Assembly: GCA_014685065.1 (NCBI GenBank)
Contig: GCA_014685065.1_4092.2
Source: a phage
Reading direction: 5' to 3' (one strand)
Length of the DNA stretch: 64,000 nucleotides
This document shows positions 19,741 through 28,814 of the stretch, piece after piece. The notes beneath the pieces are model-generated. The model worked only from the letters and a program-made list of their open reading frames with translations, ran no database searches and was not told the DNA's origin. The translations under genes were made by a program, and so were the position numbers. How positions within the stretch are numbered: the first letter of the stretch is position 1; every line of letters starts with the position of its first letter.

Positions 19741-19804
19741 ATTCCCTCCTTTATTTGTTATACTATATTTAATACAAATAAGAAAGCCAGTACAGTGTAC
19801 TGGC
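19741..19804 (-). promoter_or_regulatory. array intergenic terminator/promoter cassette
   Basis: hairpin 19786-19804 + conserved block. Confidence 0.5.
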
Positions 19805-19810
19805 ATTATG

Positions 19811-20920
19811 TTATTTTGGTAAATCAATTTTAGTAAAGACTGCAACATCCTCGATTGCACCTGGAATGGCGTAATACGATCCAGTACTATACACATCTCC
19901 ATTTTTGGTTAATATCGATGTCAAACCATCACTAAAAAGAACATCCCTAATCTCACTAACTTCAACGGGTAATTGTAAATTGGTAGCACTATATATAGCA
20001 CCAGTTTGAGAATTGTTTAATCCCAAACCACGGTTCGCCCCAACACCCTTCTGATATGTACTAGTAATTACCATTTGTGTAGCAGTATTTAAGGCAGGTG
20101 AATTCGTCATAAACAATGGAGAACTATTAGGCAAAGTACTTACAGGAACTGCACGGAATGTAGTCGTACCTGAACTAAGAAAGTTTGGAGTTTGACCACA
20201 TACGAAATATGATGTACCATTATAGTAATTTAATGCATTACCACCAATGGCTGCATCGATTACACCAGAACTACGCAATCCCCAAGTGTTAATTTGTGTT
20301 TGGTTCCCCGTACCATGCTGCCCACTACTATTCCATCCAGAACTATATAGCTTATTATCTAATGTAAGATACATACTATCATTCGCATTGGTCATTACTT
20401 TACGAACGTTCGTAGCACATTGAGTTAATGTGTAAATTGATGAGGAACCAATACCCAAAGAACCACGATATCCATTATCTCCTGCACCATAGAGTACTGA
20501 ATTAGTGCTAAGTACAAATATTAAACCATTTGTACATACAATATTAGCAATTTCACTTACTGGTATAGCATTGGTAAACCAATTAGTTCTTTCAACTAAT
20601 ACAGTACTGTAAGAAGTAGTTGTAGAAGATGAGAACCAGTACGTTTGACCTGATGTCCATATCGTATTATCATTTTTAATAATAACAAGTGTACGATCAC
20701 CCACGAAAAAATTAGAAACATCTGCACTTACTAATGTCCACGAAGACACCGTGTTGGTATTACCATTTCCAGATTCACCACCTTGATTTCTACCTATGTA
20801 ATATAAATCATGTGAATCAGTCAATAAGAATTGGCCTTGGGTAGAAGCACCAACTTTAATTATTTTTTTAGGACCAGGGACAATATTTCCATACCTAATC
20901 ATTCTTCCAAAAGGTAACAT
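19811..20920 (-). CDS. RCC1-like beta-propeller protein with MLPFGRM leader
   Basis: ATG at 20918-20920 after AGGAGGG. Confidence 0.75.
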   Translation of the reverse strand: MLPFGRMIRYGNIVPGPKKIIKVGASTQGQFLLTDSHDLYYIGRNQGGESGNGNTNTVSSWTLVSADVSNFFVGDRTLVIIKNDNTIWTSGQTYWFSSSTTTSYSTVLVERTNWFTNAIPVSEIANIVCTNGLIFVLSTNSVLYGAGDNGYRGSLGIGSSSIYTLTQCATNVRKVMTNANDSMYLTLDNKLYSSGWNSSGQHGTGNQTQINTWGLRSSGVIDAAIGGNALNYYNGTSYFVCGQTPNFLSSGTTTFRAVPVSTLPNSSPLFMTNSPALNTATQMVITSTYQKGVGANRGLGLNNSQTGAIYSATNLQLPVEVSEIRDVLFSDGLTSILTKNGDVYSTGSYYAIPGAIEDVAVFTKIDLPK

Positions 20921-20928
20921 ATTCCCTC

Positions 20929-22131
20929 CTATTGTTGCCATAACTGCGTTGGCATTAATGTTAGTGTAGTAATACTATAAGTACCATTAGGTAATCTACC
21001 ACCATTTCCATTCCAGCCACCACATGCATATAATTTATAATCTTTAGTAATTATTATGGTTCTGCTCCAATCTTTAGATGCCATAAGAACATTGTCATAA
21101 CCACCACTTATTGCACTAAGATTAAAAATATTCCAAGTTCTAACTAATGTATTAGTTCCATTACCTTCTTGACCATATGAGTTAGCACCACTACTTCTAA
21201 CATATGGTGCGTATTGTGCCATAGGTGCACCAATTGATGCATTTCCCATATTACTTGGACAAATAAAAGTACTGTACTTACTTACATCAACCGTGACCGA
21301 TGTGTTCCTAATTGGTGTTAGCTGATTTACCGATGTAGTCGTACCATTACCAGCTTGTCCAGTACTGTTAGCCCCGCTATAATATACAGACCCACCAGTA
21401 GTAAACCACCAAGTAACATCGTATGTAGTACTAATATGTTCTACATTACTAATCACGAATTTGTTCAAATATACAACAGAACTACCACCACATCCACTTT
21501 CACCAAAGTTATCCTTACCACAAAACCATGCATCTTTATTTGATTTGATATAGTGCGTTCCTTGTAATGAACATGCCATATGTGTAACTTCACCCATATT
21601 AGTCATAACTGTGAGTGTAGGGATGGAATTTTTATTACCAGAGCCACATTCACCATTGGTATTTCTTCCACACGCAATTACTCTACCATCGGTTAATAAT
21701 ATTCTAGTACTTTCACCTATATATACACTCTTGATCATATTAGCCATAACACCTATTTTATTAAATGCAACAGTAACATCAGTCCATGTTGTCAAATAAC
21801 CATTAACAGGTGTTGCATCTCCATAATCAGAAAATGCACCAACCGACCCAGTGTAGTATATTTTATTATCCAAATCAATCATCAATGAACCTTGAACACC
21901 AAGCCAAAAGGCTGCACAGTTCCTTGCAAGTACTGTAAATGACGAAACTGCTGCTGAATTCCCAAGACCAAATTGATAAAAGTTATTACTACCATAACCA
22001 TATAAAGTATTAGTTGGGTTATGGAGATACATACAGTTTGTATAATGTTGTTGTAAAACATCTGAGAACTCTACAGGTTCTGGACCTGGTGCAATATTTG
22101 CGTACTTAACCATTCTTCCAAAAGGTAACAT
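20929..22131 (-). CDS. RCC1-like beta-propeller protein with MLPFGRM leader
   Basis: ORF track; motifs GANSTGQAGNG, GANSYGQEGNG. Confidence 0.75.
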   Translation of the reverse strand: MLPFGRMVKYANIAPGPEPVEFSDVLQQHYTNCMYLHNPTNTLYGYGSNNFYQFGLGNSAAVSSFTVLARNCAAFWLGVQGSLMIDLDNKIYYTGSVGAFSDYGDATPVNGYLTTWTDVTVAFNKIGVMANMIKSVYIGESTRILLTDGRVIACGRNTNGECGSGNKNSIPTLTVMTNMGEVTHMACSLQGTHYIKSNKDAWFCGKDNFGESGCGGSSVVYLNKFVISNVEHISTTYDVTWWFTTGGSVYYSGANSTGQAGNGTTTSVNQLTPIRNTSVTVDVSKYSTFICPSNMGNASIGAPMAQYAPYVRSSGANSYGQEGNGTNTLVRTWNIFNLSAISGGYDNVLMASKDWSRTIIITKDYKLYACGGWNGNGGRLPNGTYSITTLTLMPTQLWQQ

Positions 22132-22209
22132 ATTTCCCTCCTTTATTTGTTATATCATATTTACCACAAAAAGAAAACCCTTGACATCCTTTCTGGACTC
22201 ATTTATAAT
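22132..22209. promoter_or_regulatory. divergent promoter region: plus-strand TTGACA(22181)-N17-TATAAT(22204); minus-strand TATGATATAACAAATAAAGGAGG block
   Basis: read directly. Confidence 0.5.
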
Positions 22210-22232
22210 AGAAAAAATATAAGGAGAAATTC

Positions 22233-22478
22233 ATGAACAATGTAATAGATCACTACCAAGCACTTAGCCAAAGTACTAAGAACTATATGAGCTACATGAA
22301 CGCAGAAGATTTCGCATTCTTCCTCTCAAAATTCTGTGCAATCAATACCCTCAAAAAAAGTACTACCCCAACAAGTGCACTTATGTTGAATTGCTTTATA
22401 GAGGACATCTTTGAGGGACTACAAAACCCTGACGAAAGTAAACGATTCATTAACCTTTTAGTACTGGCATCTATATGA
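22233..22478 (+). CDS. HKEYY-family small protein (divergent member)
   Basis: ORF track; SD AAGGAG. Confidence 0.5.
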   Translation: MNNVIDHYQALSQSTKNYMSYMNAEDFAFFLSKFCAINTLKKSTTPTSALMLNCFIEDIFEGLQNPDESKRFINLLVLASI

Positions 22479-22684
22479 CCCAAGAACAAATTATGCAGTA
22501 CTACCTATGTGCTCTGTCAAAAGGTGAACAGAATAGCATAGAGCATCAACAAATTATACTTGCAAATGCAAAACGTTCGGCACTTCTGCTTAACTCAGTC
22601 AGAAATAACCTCATAAGGAATTTCCTTGAAGGTAACGAGTCTATGCAGTACTATTTCATCTTAACACTATTAATCGAGTACTAA
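22475..22684 (+). CDS. HKEYY-family small protein
   Basis: ATGA overlap; C-terminal LTLLIEY. Confidence 0.5.
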   Translation: MTQEQIMQYYLCALSKGEQNSIEHQQIILANAKRSALLLNSVRNNLIRNFLEGNESMQYYFILTLLIEY

Positions 22685-22685
22685 T

Positions 22686-22895
22686 ATGAATACTGAACAT
22701 AAAGAATTCTACACCAAATACCTTAGCAACGAAGAACAATTGTTTCTAAGGAGTGTATCACCTTTAAGTATAGATACACCACACGCCAGAGATTGCTTTA
22801 ATAATTGTATACGTAGTACTATAGAAGCAATCGAATGTAATAACAAAAATATTATGTACTCAGGTTTAATAGGACTAATATATTTCTATGAATAA
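22686..22895 (+). CDS. HKEYY-family small protein
   Basis: MNTEHKEFYTKYL..LIGLIYFYE. Confidence 0.55.
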   Translation: MNTEHKEFYTKYLSNEEQLFLRSVSPLSIDTPHARDCFNNCIRSTIEAIECNNKNIMYSGLIGLIYFYE

Positions 22896-23082
22896 TCATA
22901 AAGATTTCTATTGTAGTAAACTACCCAAACAAGAACAGCTATCATTCTCTTTAGCACCACCTATGAGAAAGGATAATCTGTATTATAATTACGATTTCAG
23001 GATGGTGACACGTTATGCAATAGAACATACGTTCCCTGCAACTAAGTACCGCTCTATCCTGAACCTCATCTTTAAGTTCTAA
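22888..23082 (+). CDS. HKEYY-family small protein
   Basis: MNNHKDFY..LNLIFKF. Confidence 0.55.
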   Translation: MNNHKDFYCSKLPKQEQLSFSLAPPMRKDNLYYNYDFRMVTRYAIEHTFPATKYRSILNLIFKF

Positions 23083-23134
23083 AAGGTACACCAAGGACCG
23101 AGTACTTTAATATAGTAAGGCTAATTACATTATA

Positions 23135-23320
23135 ATGAATCATATAAGCTACTACTACCAACAACTATCCGACAGAGACAAGTACAGTCACAACTCCCAT
23201 GTGTGGTACTACAAACGCGGCAGTATAAGAGACAAACAACATTACTTCTGTATTTCTATTAAAGAAGCACTAACAACTAAGTACACGTACCGAGCAGTAC
23301 TTAAACTTATTGAAATGTAA
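23135..23320 (+). CDS. HKEYY-family small protein (divergent)
   Basis: ORF track. Confidence 0.45.
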   Translation: MNHISYYYQQLSDRDKYSHNSHVWYYKRGSIRDKQHYFCISIKEALTTKYTYRAVLKLIEM

Positions 23321-23328
23321 GGAAGAAA

Positions 23329-23511
23329 ATGAATATAGAATTCTATTTAACTAAACTACAACACGCCGAAAGATTCAATTTCAATAAGTTCAGTATTTTC
23401 TACAATTGCGGGAACAAAAAAGATAAACACACCTTCCTATATGTCGTCACAAGAGATGCACAAAACGAAAAGTACACATACAGAGAAGTAATGAAACTAA
23501 TCGCTATTTAA
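23329..23511 (+). CDS. HKEYY-family small protein (divergent)
   Basis: ORF track; shares KYTYR.V.KLI with 23135 gene. Confidence 0.45.
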   Translation: MNIEFYLTKLQHAERFNFNKFSIFYNCGNKKDKHTFLYVVTRDAQNEKYTYREVMKLIAI

Positions 23512-23519
23512 GGAATACT

Positions 23520-23699
23520 ATGCAACAATTCTATATAGAACGTATAACCATAAAAGACCGTTTCATGTACGACACCTTCGTTGATTACTACAACCTAGGA
23601 ACAAAAAGTACTAAAAATATTAATCTCAATAGCTGCATTTATGCTGTACTAACACAAGATAATCCCTACAGGGAAATCCTCGCCTTGGCATCTATATAA
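23520..23699 (+). CDS. HKEYY-family small protein (59 aa)
   Basis: hand-translated MQQFYIER..ILALASI; below track threshold. Confidence 0.4.
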   Translation: MQQFYIERITIKDRFMYDTFVDYYNLGTKSTKNINLNSCIYAVLTQDNPYREILALASI

Positions 23700-23709
23700 A
23701 GGAAACCAA

Positions 23710-24381
23710 ATGAAACTTAATGCACACAGCAAACAATACCTTAAGCACTTTAAGTACCTCAATAGTATTCAGGCAGAATCAGTTACATCTGCATATACGT
23801 ATCACCCGAATGTACTAAAGAAACGAAATAAAAAGGAAAAAACCAGTACAAATGGAGTTAACGTATCAAAGAACCTTGAATTGTACATGAAGAAAAATAA
23901 TATAGCTGTTCATTATATGAATATCTATAATACTGATTTAAAAGTATTGAGTACTAATACGAGCATGAAGGTACTAAAGAACGCATCCTTCATCATCCAT
24001 ATGCAGTTGGATAATACCCCGTGCACTTTAATGCTATACTTCGGGAATACATACTTCTTCGGGAATTGTAACACCTCCCACGATGTCAATACAGCACAAT
24101 TCCAAATGGGTGGCATATACAATATGGGTTCAAAAAAAGTACACGAGAATATGCACTTCTGGCAAGCACAACGTACAGAAGAAACTAAATCAATTGTAGA
24201 TTTCCTCAAAGAACTAGAACACAAAGAACTACAGGAAGAAGAACTATTCATGTACAGTACTGTAATCGATAATCCAGTACTCTATAAAAACGCGTACAAT
24301 CTGACAAAACATGTACAGGAAATTATCAGTACTAATAAGAAAATGCATCACCTCATTACGTATATTACAAACTATGTATAA
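23710..24381 (+). CDS. hypothetical protein (223 aa) embedded in the small-gene array
   Basis: ORF track. Confidence 0.6.
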   Translation: MKLNAHSKQYLKHFKYLNSIQAESVTSAYTYHPNVLKKRNKKEKTSTNGVNVSKNLELYMKKNNIAVHYMNIYNTDLKVLSTNTSMKVLKNASFIIHMQLDNTPCTLMLYFGNTYFFGNCNTSHDVNTAQFQMGGIYNMGSKKVHENMHFWQAQRTEETKSIVDFLKELEHKELQEEELFMYSTVIDNPVLYKNAYNLTKHVQEIISTNKKMHHLITYITNYV

Positions 24382-24556
24382 AGAATACTATATCTCTAAA
24401 CTACCCGTGCAGCAAAAATACTTTGCTGCATACAAAGTTCTTCTCATAACTCGTGCCGCTCGATCTAACTACATGAATAGCGTAAAACGTGCTATAGAAA
24501 ATGATGACGCAATGAACCAGTACTATAACATTTTACTACTAATATATAAGTACTAA
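24374..24556 (+). CDS. HKEYY-family small protein
   Basis: MYKEYYISKLP..LLLIYKY. Confidence 0.55.
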   Translation: MYKEYYISKLPVQQKYFAAYKVLLITRAARSNYMNSVKRAIENDDAMNQYYNILLLIYKY

Positions 24557-24566
24557 AGAGAACAAC

Positions 24567-24749
24567 ATGCACAAAGAATACTACAGGGATAAAATACCTA
24601 TGCATCTCCAGCACCATATACCAACAGAACCAATAGGAATAAAAGATCACGCAAAGATAATGTTCCAACAATGTACTAAGTACACGCTCATATACGATGA
24701 TAATCCATATATGCTGTACTACGTAGTAATGCTAACATTCAGGTACTAA
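24567..24749 (+). CDS. HKEYY-family small protein
   Basis: MHKEYY..MLTFRY. Confidence 0.6.
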   Translation: MHKEYYRDKIPMHLQHHIPTEPIGIKDHAKIMFQQCTKYTLIYDDNPYMLYYVVMLTFRY

Positions 24750-24750
24750 T

Positions 24751-24942
24751 ATGAATAACCACAAAGAATACTACATAGAGAAACTCCCAATGTATCTCCA
24801 ACACCTTGTACCAACAGAACCATTGGGTATAGAAAAAAACTACGAAAAAGACTACTTCATTCAGTGCACTAAATCCTCGATATATATTGAAGACTATAAT
24901 CGAGTACTGTATCACATCCTTTTACTAATATATAAGTACTAA
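24751..24942 (+). CDS. HKEYY-family small protein
   Basis: MNNHKEYYIEKLP..LLLIYKY. Confidence 0.6.
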   Translation: MNNHKEYYIEKLPMYLQHLVPTEPLGIEKNYEKDYFIQCTKSSIYIEDYNRVLYHILLLIYKY

Positions 24943-24943
24943 T

Positions 24944-25126
24944 ATGCACAAAGAATACTACACACAATTTCTCCCCAGCATTTTTGAACACTACGCCAGA
25001 TATAAAGTCCCTCTGGATAACGATTTGGCAGTACTGGGATTCAATAACTGCATAGAACGAAGTATAGAAAATAGTAGTAGTTATGACCAGCTATATAACA
25101 CTATCCTACTTATATTCAGGTACTAA
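24944..25126 (+). CDS. HKEYY-family small protein
   Basis: MHKEYYTQFLP..LLIFRY. Confidence 0.6.
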   Translation: MHKEYYTQFLPSIFEHYARYKVPLDNDLAVLGFNNCIERSIENSSSYDQLYNTILLIFRY

Positions 25127-25127
25127 C

Positions 25128-25316
25128 ATGCATAAAGAATACTACACAAAATATTTCCCAATGTACCTCAGAACTAATCTATTAGATAAACCTCGCGGTA
25201 TCAATGCACAAAATGATAAAGTGTATTTTACTATGTGCACTAAAGCATGTATACTAGATTTTGACAGCTACCATCGAGTACTGTATCATACCCTGTACCT
25301 AGCTTTCGTATTCTAA
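25128..25316 (+). CDS. HKEYY-family small protein
   Basis: MHKEYYTKYFP..YLAFVF. Confidence 0.6.
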   Translation: MHKEYYTKYFPMYLRTNLLDKPRGINAQNDKVYFTMCTKACILDFDSYHRVLYHTLYLAFVF

Positions 25317-25325
25317 GAGAACAAT

Positions 25326-25511
25326 ATGCATAAAGAATTCTACTTAAGCCATCTGGATCTAAACTCCCAAATGCTTATACCACTAATCCCAATAGATATC
25401 AAGGATAAGAAAAATACCGAACAATTCATTTACCATACACAGTGTGCGATCACCCCAAATTACATTCCATATGAATTGTACTACATTCTCGCCCTAATAT
25501 ATAGGTACTAA
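25326..25511 (+). CDS. HKEYY-family small protein
   Basis: MHKEFYLSHL..LALIYRY. Confidence 0.6.
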   Translation: MHKEFYLSHLDLNSQMLIPLIPIDIKDKKNTEQFIYHTQCAITPNYIPYELYYILALIYRY

Positions 25512-25512
25512 T

Positions 25513-25698
25513 ATGCATAGAGAATACTACACACAATTTGTTAAAGGGAACTACAAACATGCCGTACCCAGAACCCCTTTAAATTCTCATGACCCAAGTA
25601 CTATATTCTTGTTTAATGACGCAATACGTACAGTACTCAATACTAAAGATGAAGATGTGCAGTACGTATTCTTACTATTACTTATATACAGACACTAA
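25513..25698 (+). CDS. HKEYY-family small protein
   Basis: MHREYYTQFV..LLLIYRH. Confidence 0.6.
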   Translation: MHREYYTQFVKGNYKHAVPRTPLNSHDPSTIFLFNDAIRTVLNTKDEDVQYVFLLLLIYRH

Positions 25699-25703
25699 CT
25701 AAT

Positions 25704-25886
25704 ATGAATAAAGAACATAAAGAATTCTATATAAGAAAACTAACATTCGTCCCCGTAAGAATATATAAAGAATGCGACCCAAGATTATACCTATGGCACT
25801 TCAATGAGTGCATAAAAGATTCTATATACCCTAAGAACTATAAAGAACAATTGTGCTCAGTACTAACACTAGTACTATCATATTAA
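25704..25886 (+). CDS. HKEYY-family small protein
   Basis: MNKEHKEFYIRKL.. Confidence 0.55.
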   Translation: MNKEHKEFYIRKLTFVPVRIYKECDPRLYLWHFNECIKDSIYPKNYKEQLCSVLTLVLSY

Positions 25887-25901
25887 TTAATAGAGAATAC
25901 T

Positions 25902-26093
25902 ATGTATAAAAACTTCTATATAAGTAAACTAAAAGAAAATGAACAAGTATGGATTAGATCTATAATTCCACTGGCATTTAATAGATATGCATTTAACAGA
26001 TGTACCGAGATTGCTATAGACCCTTATAATATTAAAGAGAATGTACAGTATAATCAGTACTACTATATCTTAATGCTTATATATAGGAAGTAA
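25902..26093 (+). CDS. HKEYY-family small protein
   Basis: MYKNFYISKL..LMLIYRK. Confidence 0.55.
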   Translation: MYKNFYISKLKENEQVWIRSIIPLAFNRYAFNRCTEIAIDPYNIKENVQYNQYYYILMLIYRK

Positions 26094-26207
26094 TTAAACA
26101 CAAGTAGACAGGGGAAGCTCCTAGTGAACAACCTTTATGTACAGGCGAATTGTTAAAATTCAGCCTGGACAAATGCGATCACTAGGATTCTCCCCAGGCT
26201 AAACCCC

Positions 26208-26300
26208 GTAATCATAGGTAGTCATAAGTAATCATATATAAACATTTAAGTAATCATTTATAATCACTGTAGTGATCAGTAGTGATCAGTAGTGAGTACT
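26208..26300. repeat. cluster of GTAATCA(T) motifs plus tandem AGTGATCAGT x2 and AGTGAGTACT
   Basis: read directly in non-coding DNA. Confidence 0.6.
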
Positions 26301-26426
26301 AGAGTACAGGAATGTTCACGTTTAATCAAGAACGTAGCAGTACTGATATGCCACTAAGTAGGCAGAGGAAGTCTGCCGTACTTTGTAGTTTCCAAGCTCC
26401 TTTTCCATTTTGCAAATTACATCAAA

Positions 26427-26456
26427 TGTAATCAAAAGTAATCAAAAGTAATCACG
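26427..26456. repeat. tandem 10-bp repeat GTAATCAAAA x2 + GTAATCACGC
   Basis: read directly. Confidence 0.65.
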
Positions 26457-27141
26457 CAATGATTAGTACTGAATTATTACTTTCACCTTAATTTCAATTA
26501 CCCCTTTACCCTTCGGGGTAAAATTCAATTACCCCTTGAGGCTCCAGCAAAAAGTTGGTTAGTACTCCATCCTAAATCTCGATCCTAAAAATTTTGGAGT
26601 ACCTATGAAATAAAAGTTGGATCTTCGAAAGTTGAAATTTACGTTGGGACATATAGGATTTGTGGGATATAATGAGTTTTGTAGCGATACAGATTATACG
26701 ATTTCAGTACTGAATAATGAAAGAAAGCTATTGACATTATGATTCAGTACTGTATAATGTTCTACATAGAGAGATGAGTTGCTGCGAACAATTCATTTAC
26801 TCTACCTCCTGTCGTGAGACAGTACAGAAAAGATAGTTCCTCCTGTGGTGGTACATCTTTTTGAACCTCATATGAAAATCGTAATAACAGTACTGATATT
26901 AACAGAATGGTGTCAGTACTGATTTTAATCTAAAGCATTATGCCACCAGCTTGTGCTGGTGGATTCCCTCTAACAGTATTCAGTACTACATGATAGTCTT
27001 CATCCTCCTACAGTAACAGTGAGGGCTATTGTGGCAGTACTGAATACTCCCTTTCAAAAGATAGATCTATGGTATAGTACTGACGGATTTTGGGCGTAGT
27101 AACCCTAGGTTGAATTTAGACGTAGAGATGTCTAGACCTCC

Positions 27142-27298
27142 AGATGGCTGGAAGTAAAGATGGCTATCCCTCTAGGCGGCTGGATGGCTAGATTTCTAGA
27201 TGGCTGTACTGCTAGACGTTTGGACGGCTAAACGGCTAGATGGTTACACGTCTGGATGTATAGACGGCTAAATCAAAATTTTTATTTTATTTTTTCCA
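27142..27298. repeat. iteron-like array (about 9 copies of RGAYGGCT, 27142-27269) followed by AT tract (27271-27298); candidate origin or packaging signal
   Basis: copies at 27142, 27158, 27182, 27198, 27222, 27231, 27238, 27262 plus degenerate ones. Confidence 0.45.
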
Positions 27299-27951
27299 AT
27301 AGTTCCCCTACCGCGTGGGGATGGTTTCCCCGCAGTATCTGGAGTTAGATTTTTCTGAATCTGGAATCATTATCCCCGTTTTCGCCTGGTATGTCAACCG
27401 TCTGGATGAATAATTTTAAAAAATAATCTAGTACTGAATTTTGGGCGTAACTATGCACCCGGTGGGCTTGAGTCTTTCTCGACTTGATGAAACTATTATA
27501 CAGTACTGAAAAAATAAAGCAATACCCTAAACGCAAAAAGTTTTAATTAATTTGCTTGCCATCCTGGGGCGTACTATGGTACTATATTTCAGTACTGAGA
27601 AAGTGCTATGACCTGCTAAGGTGCGGGAGTGTATCCTTTTTAAATTTACTGAATTTTGGGCGTAATTCCGCACCCCCAGGGGTATCCGCTTTCTCGCGTC
27701 TATGTAGTAATTATACGCTTTTTCGGTGCTGAGTCAATAGCTAAAAACAAAATAATTGAAAATAATTTAACGCGTTTAAACGGCCCGTAAAGCCCTGGTT
27801 AGCTGGTGGCGGTGCAAATGTATAGCTTAGGTGTATTAATGCGTTAGAAAGCGGCTGAGGCCGTTTTATGGTGTATAGTACTGATTCAGTACTGAAAGAT
27901 AGTTCCCCTATATAGAAAGAAAACTATTTTAAAAGTATTTGTAGAAAGTAC

Positions 27952-28010
27952 TTGCAAAGTATTGGGAAAGGTGTAGAATGTTTTACATCGAGACGGGGGA
28001 TACGCTCCCG
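27952..28010 (+). promoter_or_regulatory. early promoter cassette: TTGCAA-N16-TAGAAT, TACATCG start region, leader hairpin CGGGGGATACGCTCCCG
   Basis: read directly. Confidence 0.55.
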
Positions 28011-28036
28011 ACTCACTTTTAAAAGAGATTAAAACG

Positions 28037-28399
28037 ATGGCGACTCAAATCAATACTATCATGCTTAACCTGGTTTCTTTCCGTGAAGAGATGAAAGATC
28101 TTCCCGCTGAGACTGTACGGATTCACATTGCAGCTTATCGGGAATTGATTGCAATGCTGCCGCTTAAGCGTGAACAGTACGCCGCTACTGCAATGCTGGA
28201 CGCAATGATACATAAGATGATCCAGACTGATTTAACGATGGCTTATCAGTACATGGGCGAAATGTTTGCAGTGTATAGCAAGCCAGTACCAGGAATGGAA
28301 AGTACAGAAGTATTGCACGGCTTAAACTTAAAACAAGATGCATGGGATAATATGCCTCGTTTCCTGGTATGGGCTGACAGCGGCAAGATTTACGAATAA
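28037..28399 (+). CDS. hypothetical protein
   Basis: ORF track; promoter cassette upstream. Confidence 0.6.
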   Translation: MATQINTIMLNLVSFREEMKDLPAETVRIHIAAYRELIAMLPLKREQYAATAMLDAMIHKMIQTDLTMAYQYMGEMFAVYSKPVPGMESTEVLHGLNLKQDAWDNMPRFLVWADSGKIYE

Positions 28400-28413
28400 G
28401 TTTAATAAAGTAC

Positions 28414-28473
28414 TTGCAAACTAAGTTTAAAAGCGTATAATGTTTTACATCAGGTGGGGAATAGTTCCCCACT
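28414..28473 (+). promoter_or_regulatory. early promoter cassette (TTGCAA 28414, TATAAT 28436) + 5' hairpin GTGGGGAATAGTTCCCCAC
   Basis: read directly. Confidence 0.6.
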
Positions 28474-28492
28474 ATATAAGAGGATTAAAAAA

Positions 28493-28732
28493 ATGGCTAA
28501 ATCAAAAATGTTCTTAGGTCACAAAAACAAAACTCAATGGAATGTAAGCCTTTGGATTAATAACGACGAATCATTATACCGGTTGGCCCAGGACTTTATT
28601 GCCGCTAACACTAATCGTAATGATGCGGCCCGTCATATGATGCTATTTTTAGAACAGACTGGACAAGATAAAACACCGGACGGCTTTAAGTATAGCACTA
28701 CTGCGATCCGTGCGGCGATGGTTGGAATGTAA
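28493..28732 (+). CDS. hypothetical protein
   Basis: ATG at 28493 after SD AGAGGA downstream of hairpin. Confidence 0.55.
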   Translation: MAKSKMFLGHKNKTQWNVSLWINNDESLYRLAQDFIAANTNRNDAARHMMLFLEQTGQDKTPDGFKYSTTAIRAAMVGM

Positions 28733-28814
28733 GAGAATAGATTAAAAGTACTATTGCACGGTGATAGTACTTTATAATAGATTTCTTTTATACAACAACG
28801 ATAGGGGTAACAGC

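Noticed and set aside
15242-19804. T4-type late promoter TATAAATA upstream of the propeller genes
   Set aside because: The conserved block reads TAAATATAGTATAATG, which does not contain TATAAATA, so the promoter class is left undetermined.
26100-28030. tRNA genes in the large non-coding region
   Set aside because: I found no cloverleaf-compatible segments and no T-arm or D-arm consensus (no GTTC-R-A-N-Y-C-type T-loop context); the hairpins present are simple palindromes.
28741-28778. Class II promoter upstream of 28815
   Set aside because: The AGTACT inverted repeat is present but the TTGCAC-to-TATAAT spacing is only 13 bp, so it is not called as a standard sigma70 promoter.
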